64,000 nucleotides of DNA from Lepidodermella squamata. Its lineage: Eukaryota; Animalia; Gastrotricha. Below, in pieces: positions 57,810-64,000 of the stretch (the stretch's first letter is position 1; the number at the start of each line of letters is the position of its first letter). A program made the position numbers and the translations under genes. Under the pieces are notes generated by a model. The model saw only the letters and a list, made by a program, of their open reading frames with translations. It was not told where the DNA came from and ran no database searches. The stretch spans positions 3,100,001 through 3,164,000 of the forward strand of contig JBLDXI010000054.1 of NCBI GenBank assembly GCA_047495785.1, written 5' to 3'.

Positions 57810-58214
57810 GTTGTCGCTTTTCTTCTGTTTTGGTCTTTCGATAGCTGGCTAAAATGCTACGTAGTGATCGATGATGAGACCGGTTCTCTATAAATGTATT
57901 CACCGCATGAATTTAGCGATATTATTTACTAGATAATATTCATATTTTTGCCTCGTACTTTCTTTTGCCCGGTGCATTTTGAGCTCGGCCGAGAATAATT
58001 CGATTCTAGCAGGTGACAAGGTGAGATGACCACACCAGCCCCTTGCTGCGGCCCTCACGCTGTGCGTTGCGAAGTTTTTTTGCATGCATAATGATAACAA
58101 AAAACGCCGCTATTGTCTCACTGAGACGCGCGCAAAGTTCAAGTGTAAATCAACAAACAACTTCACAGGTTTTATTGACTTAAAATAATAAACGCAGCAG
58201 ACCAAATTTTCTGG

Positions 58215-58639
58215 TCATTCCATTGCCGAATGGTGGATTTTGGCTGCAAGGGTGTTGGAACGTAGAGCATCGACAAAGTAATTGTTAAGGCAGCTGACCT
58301 TCGCAGCTTCCCGGCTGGTGATCAATTTCGTGTGGCTAGTGAATATCGCCGAAATGTTCGGGCAGTTGCATGCTCCATCCCATGTCCACTTCAGAACTTT
58401 GTGGAAACGAGCCTTTGCCGTGAAGAAGCATTTATAGGGCCCGACAATAGCTGTATCGTTTTGGTGTGATATTTTCGCGAAAATCGAGACCATTTCATCC
58501 ACGTTTTTGGCTATAAATTGATTGCAATCGTTGATTACAAGAAAACGCGGCAATGATGAAGATCAATTTACTCACTCATGGGATTATTGCTTTTAGTCGC
58601 CGCCAGAGTCAGAAGAAAAAGACCGATTAAACTCGCCAT
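58215..58639 (-). CDS. Anti-lipopolysaccharide factor (ALF)-like secreted protein
   Basis: Exons 58639-58576 (signal peptide) and 58510-58215. CFFTAKARFHKVLKWTWDGACNCP..SREAA..NYFVDALRSN aligns by eye with the Limulus ALF disulfide loop and C-terminal helix. Confidence 0.75.
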
Positions 58640-60069
58640 CCGCCATAAAATTCATGAATGCCCTTATAGAAATGAAATTGTGAACATCAGCAGAAATATT
58701 TAGCGTGATTCCTAACTTCATATCGCCGCACATAAATGATCACGCTAAACTCGTGAAATTCTGCTATGACTGTATAATGCGATGCCCAATTTTCGTTCCG
58801 ATCAAACAATTCTTTCGATCTGCGCTGGAATCAATAAAATCATAAGCCTTTTGCGTCCTCCTTACAACTTAGCGACCGGCCGAGACGCAACAACTCTCTC
58901 GCTCTTATCTCATTTTTACGCCAAGGTAAACGGCCGTTCAGCCAGGCCGCGCTTCTTCGCCTCAATAGTTACCGGATTCCTCAGGTTTTGTCGCTGCACG
59001 TGTTTTAAACGTCGACCCTAAATTATTACCCATTGATCTAAGATGTCTTCTGGTGATCTAAATTGTCGCCTTGCTGGCGGAACAAATTAACACCCAAGCC
59101 AGAAATAGTAACAAATTCTATTTTTACCTACGATATAGAGTAATTTGCTAAATTCTTAAGCTAAAAATAGAACAATTATACTATTTTCGGTGTTGCAGAA
59201 AATGGTTCAAAGGCACAAGAAAACTCCTTTTCAAGATCAGTAGTTCTGTATCCTGTATTTAACATCAATCGTCCATGGCTCTTTTAATCGAGTTTTCACA
59301 GCCAATTATCAAAGTATCCGACATACTCAAGGGCCTCGAGTTGAACACAGACAAAGCACAAAGCAATGGATTTGACTTGGAAATACATGGGCGCGGACAT
59401 CTTGACTATTTCAGGGAACTCAAAATACCGCGCGCAAAAGACATCGCGCGGTGACACCATGAGCGTAGCCTCGCTATTCTATAAGTAGCATTTTACGTTC
59501 CCAGTGCACTTGTTTACCGGCTTACTACCTGCTGGATTATTCTGAGGAATTCAGGTCGGAATCCGTGAACATTTAATAGACAAATGTTTACCGATAGCGG
59601 TAGTGTCAATCAAATTATACCCACACACGAATTCCTAGTTATTTATGATGTCTGTTGTTAGGTCGCATTCTTAACCGGCATGAGTCGTCGCTTCGCTGTG
59701 TGAGATCCCCAGATTAATGATCATTCATATATAATGCGCTGGATGAATCAAGCTGTCATGCTGTTCATTTCCACGTCTGACAAGTCATGATCAAATTAGG
59801 GTGGGTAGAATCTAGGATATGATGGCAGTGTGAGCTAAATGAACGCACCTAAAACATGTTCAAAAATAGAAATGAGGAATGCGATAAATCTCGCATCAAT
59901 CGAATTTCGATATGAGGCATTTATTTAAGCTAATTGGTTCGTCCTTTGTCTGTCTTTTAGTGTCATGATCGTCGCAAGTTCGAGAATAAGCTTTTGTTCG
60001 GACAGACCTAGGCCAAAACAAGGATGAGGCTATAAGAGACCCCTCAATGTTTCGAATTTGCGCATCGAA

Positions 60070-61252
60070 ATGGTCAAGCCTCAGTTAATGGCAGATTCTA
60101 ACTCAAGATATAATCCGAGTTCGAGTCAACGTGTCCATAGACCTAATGGCCAGAACGACACATCGATACTGCAAGCGCTACTCTTTACTCCAGCCGATCA
60201 AGTTGCTCTGCAGCCACCGTTTGAAAATGGCGTGATCGACTTGGATTCCTTTCTTCCGTCGCTAATTCATGCAATGAAGACTTTGGAGTCCTTGCCCTTC
60301 GTAAGATATCTTTTAATAGTTGAATTTAAAACAGATTTGGAGCATTTTTACGCTAGATACCTCTGTGCTCGGATCCTTTTGAGAATGACTTATCGGTTCT
60401 TTGGGCGGCTTGCATAAGCCGGTTTCACCAAGTTGCGAAAATTTGCTCGGATTATGTTAAACAGATTCCTGGTAAGGTTTTGAAGAAGGCATATAAAACT
60501 GCTAAATGATATTGTATTGAAGGTTTTCACCAACTATCAGGAGACACGCGGCAGGCTTTGTTCCGACGCGCCATCACTCCACTGCACATCTCTCAATCAG
60601 CTCACCCTAGGTTTAACGTTTCGCCTTTCTATGGATTCAATGTCAGAACACGCTCAGCATTATACCGCCACTTTCCCGATATCACGGTTAGCAAACCACT
60701 TCAAGCTTTCAAATACGTTCATCTTTCATCTTCTTCAAAATTTGTCAGGGCATGGAGCTTAGCACATATGAGATCTCCACTGCAATAAATGTGTGGAAAC
60801 CAACGACGGCGGAGTATGCATTACTTTTACCGCTGCTGTTTTATCAGCGTAAGCTCAAGTGTAGTAGAGTTCTCCAAAGCTACCCCTGTTGTCCTCTCAT
60901 TTTCAGCCTCAAGTGATCGCGACGACTTTGTACGCAACAACTCACCTACCCTTGCCGATCAATGTGTTCAAATGAATGCTTGGTTTTTGAAAGCCATGCA
61001 TGAACTTATTGGAAGGCAGTGCAGCGATGAGGATTCAAAGCAAAAGCGGGTGTGTTAGCTTTTTTATCGCAATTTTCATTGTATATTTTGACTTGATTTC
61101 AGTGGAACCAGTTTTGTACAGTTTACAGACTTCTCATCAATCTCAACGTTCGAATGAGAGATTGGGCGAGAGCGTTTCTCAGACGGTATCCCAGCATCTT
61201 TTTAGCCGATAAATTGTTCAATGAAATGTTCTCTGGAGGGATTTTACCTTGA
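60070..61252 (+). CDS. Divergent nuclear receptor ligand-binding-domain protein
   Basis: Exons 60070-60300, 60357-60471, 60523-60686, 60749-60848, 60907-61049, 61103-61252 in frame (300 aa). YVKQIPGFHQLSGDTRQALF (LBD signature), AEYALLLPLLFY (helix 8), LFNEMF (AF-2). The 5' end is uncertain. Confidence 0.75.
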
Positions 61253-61772
61253 CTGAACTATGATAATAGCTTAACAAATTAGGGTTAACAAAAATTGGAA
61301 GAAACTGAACGTGAAACATTTACTTTTGTTCGAAATAAAACCGGAAATGTAGGTCACGGGAAGTCACTTTTACTATTTACTGGGCAGAAAAGTAAACTTT
61401 CAAGGTAAACAACTTAATTGTGCGGATGTGACTACCTGTGGACAAACGCTTTGCCCAGCACGTTTTTGTGATCGATATGTCAGCCGCAGCAGGGTTTCCG
61501 TTTCAAGTGCAGATCAACTTTACAGCTGAATGCGGCATATCCAAATGAAACAGCTTATTATCGGTTTTCTGACCGCCGTAGCGTGCTACGCATGCTTATA
61601 AAAAATGTGCACCTGCGAAATCGCCGCCTGTATACCTATAATATGAGCGTGAGAAAAAAATGCGTCAACGGATTCTCTACAATAACTCAATAGTTACTCG
61701 CAGCTTTCTTTCGCAATGAATGGTGTATGTTGGCAAATTTTCTGCGGCTTTTGCTGAAAATCATTTAATAGC

Positions 61773-62492
61773 ATGGCGACCTCTCAGAAAGTTGTTACAT
61801 TTGACCAAAGATTAACGGCAGATCCGACAATTCGAACAAAAGCTCATGTCGCTCTTTCGATATCACCCGCATCAAACTCTGGCAATGTGCAGTTTCGATC
61901 TCGAATACCTGACTATTTTTTGATGGTATTGGAAATAGTAAGGAATGAAAATGCGGTGAATATAATGTTGAGAAAAATGCTCCACTTTCAGCTATTCAGT
62001 GTCGCAGCTGTGATTTGCGTATTTGTCGCCGTTTGGAGCTTCGAAGCTTATGTTTGCTGGTTCCTTTCTGTACTATTTCTAGCAATAGTTTCGAACATAT
62101 TTTGGCTAATCGTTTTCGTGATACACCACCTTAACGCTGAGGACCGCCTTATTGTCTGGCGATGGAACATCGGCGTATGTTTGAGTTGAACTTTAGGTCA
62201 TTCTAATCATGTTTTTTGCTAGTTCTTCCTGTGGAATATATTCATTGTCCTGCTGTTTCTCAGCTGCGTCATAGTCGTTTTCGCGCTGGGAAACTGGCAC
62301 AATCTACTCATTGTGGCTGCCGTAAGTCGATCATTAAGAGTGAGCTCCTTGCATTTGTTGTTTTTCTAGGCCTTCGCCTGCTTTCTGAGTCTGTTGTACA
62401 GCATCTCAGCAATCCTAACCGTTCGCGAGGCATGCGATGAATGGTATACAGTTGAAAAGGCCATCTACCTATGCTGCCGGTGCTGTGCTTAG
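61773..62492 (+). CDS. Four-TM MARVEL-like membrane protein
   Basis: Four exons splice in frame, four hydrophobic segments, FLMVLEI/LFSVAAVIC start and Cys-rich tail CCRCCA. Confidence 0.68.
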
Positions 62493-62681
62493 CGTTGAGA
62501 AAGAATGAGAGCCGCGTATCAAACCCGTGAAAAAACGATAAAGATGAAAGTTGAAACTATCTACCTCTAGAACTCTAGATTTCAAGTCATTATAAACATC
62601 ACTCAACAACACTTCAGCACACATTGATGCATAATTTACTATGAAAGAATAAAAAAAGCCGCAAGTTTCCGATGAGGCATT

Positions 62682-63504
62682 TCAACAATAGAGATGAATA
62701 TCACCTCGGACTTTCTTTTCTTTACGCTTGCACACAACAACTATTGCCGCAATGTTGATGCCCAGTAATGCCACTGATGTCGCCTGTTAATACTACAAAT
62801 AGCAACTTTTTTGTAAATTGCAGTCAGATCTTACCACGGTAGCTGTGACAAATATCAATGCAAGTAAAGACGTGCATTGATTTGAGAGCGTATAATAAAG
62901 CACTGCCCCTCCGCAGCCAGAGAAATAGAGAGCGTTAAAGATGAATTCCTTAAATAAAAATTGGCCCTTCATTTGGGACATAAACTAGACCCTGAAATCG
63001 ACTTACCACATAAACGCAACGGCTAAACCGCATCTTACATGAGAGATGCACGAAGGTTATTAACGCAATGATTGCATGCAGTGGAAGGCAGAGACAAAGG
63101 ATTAGACTGTTAAGGCAGCGGCTCGATAGGATAGGTGTTGACAGTAGTGAGACCAGTATCATCTGAACAGCAACTAGAATCTGATGATAGGAAGTCGTTG
63201 ATGATTAGCACTTCATGGAACTAAATCAAATACAAACCAGTTGACTGAATCTAAGGCGACCCAATTTTGTCTTCAGCCGCCTTTGAAATCTTCCTAGAAG
63301 ATTCTCGGCAGAGAGTGCAGCAATCACATCGGCGTCGATGGTGGTACTCGAAGACTCACTGGTACTTCGGCTGTTCGACTGAGTTCGGCTTCTATTGGAG
63401 CCATGTGCGTTTATAGGCGCTGGCTTTAAATATCGGCTGACGTAGTGCTGGGCTGGGAAGAGAGGGCGCTTTTCCTCTGACAATTCGCTGCTAGAAAAGG
63501 ACAT
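62682..63504 (-). CDS. Four-TM MARVEL-like membrane protein, convergent with neighbour
   Basis: Four exons, LKTKLGRLRFSQL precedes TM1, four hydrophobic segments and a basic C-tail. Confidence 0.6.
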
Positions 63505-63727
63505 GACGAAGGTATACTACAGATCGTGAACAACACGTTTTTTATATATAGCGGCCACGTGCGCGGAGGACGGAGGTGTCCAGTAAAGATAAGAAGATGC
63601 ACTATGAAGTGCAAAAAAACTGGCGACACGTCAAATCGGGGTTGTAAAACAGACAAGGCGGGTAATATCCGTGTTTTTTTATTCACGTTCAAAGTTCAGA
63701 TGCACGCATGATTATTTTGGTTTCTTA

Positions 63728-64000
63728 TTATTCATCATCGAGATCAAGCTCAAGGCTGCTAGGCCTTTGCGGTTTGAGAAGTGATGAAATTGGACGAGGA
63801 ACGGAAGCTTTCGCTGTTGAAGTTGACTCGGAAATATCAGCAGATTTTCTGCGACCGGAATTAGCCTGCTTGGCGTCAGTGCGCAGGGAAATATCAACAC
63901 AGGGATTAGGTATTCTGAGTCTTTCACAGAGCTGCTGAGTTTGAGGATTCAAGTAATACCACAGCGGGTTTTCGAAATCAGCAGCGTCTCTGGCGCGTTT
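63728..64000 (-). CDS. 3' terminal coding segment of an unidentified gene running off the window
   Basis: Frame open from the window edge (KRARDAADFENPLWYYLNPQ...) to the stop at 63728. Confidence 0.5.
   Translation of the reverse strand, partial: KRARDAADFENPLWYYLNPQTQQLCERLRIPNPCVDISLRTDAKQANSGRRKSADISESTSTAKASVPRPISSLLKPQRPSSLELDLDDE

Noticed and set aside
59662-59800. Remnant nuclear-receptor DBD exon (RILNRHESSLRCVRS)
   Set aside because: Stops in all frames and no CxxC pairs or P-box.

Overview
Eukaryotic DNA from an invertebrate animal with a compact genome (about 50-60 nt AT-rich GT-AG introns, TTTCAG acceptors, TTAGGG repeats); the species cannot be fixed from sequence. The window is a run of tandem gene arrays. 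It starts with three catalytically intact UBA1 (ubiquitin E1) paralogs. The first two host four intronic C/D snoRNAs, two of them SNORD97-like guides for tRNA-Met C34. A U4 snRNA gene lies between paralogs 2 and 3. Next is a six-gene array of apparently undescribed secreted Cys-rich prepropeptides (acidic pro-region, amphipathic helix, 6-8 Cys domain), then an intronless GABA-B-like class C GPCR and two TRPM channels. One TRPM intron holds a nest of RTE-like LINE, Penelope-derived hammerhead and MITE sequences. The rest carries two carbohydrate sulfotransferases, three lipases with an RRRR site in the lid, a GT7 glycosyltransferase, an anti-LPS-factor-like gene, a nuclear receptor ligand-binding domain with no visible DNA-binding domain, and two MARVEL-like genes. 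All gene models were spliced by hand and no database search was run.
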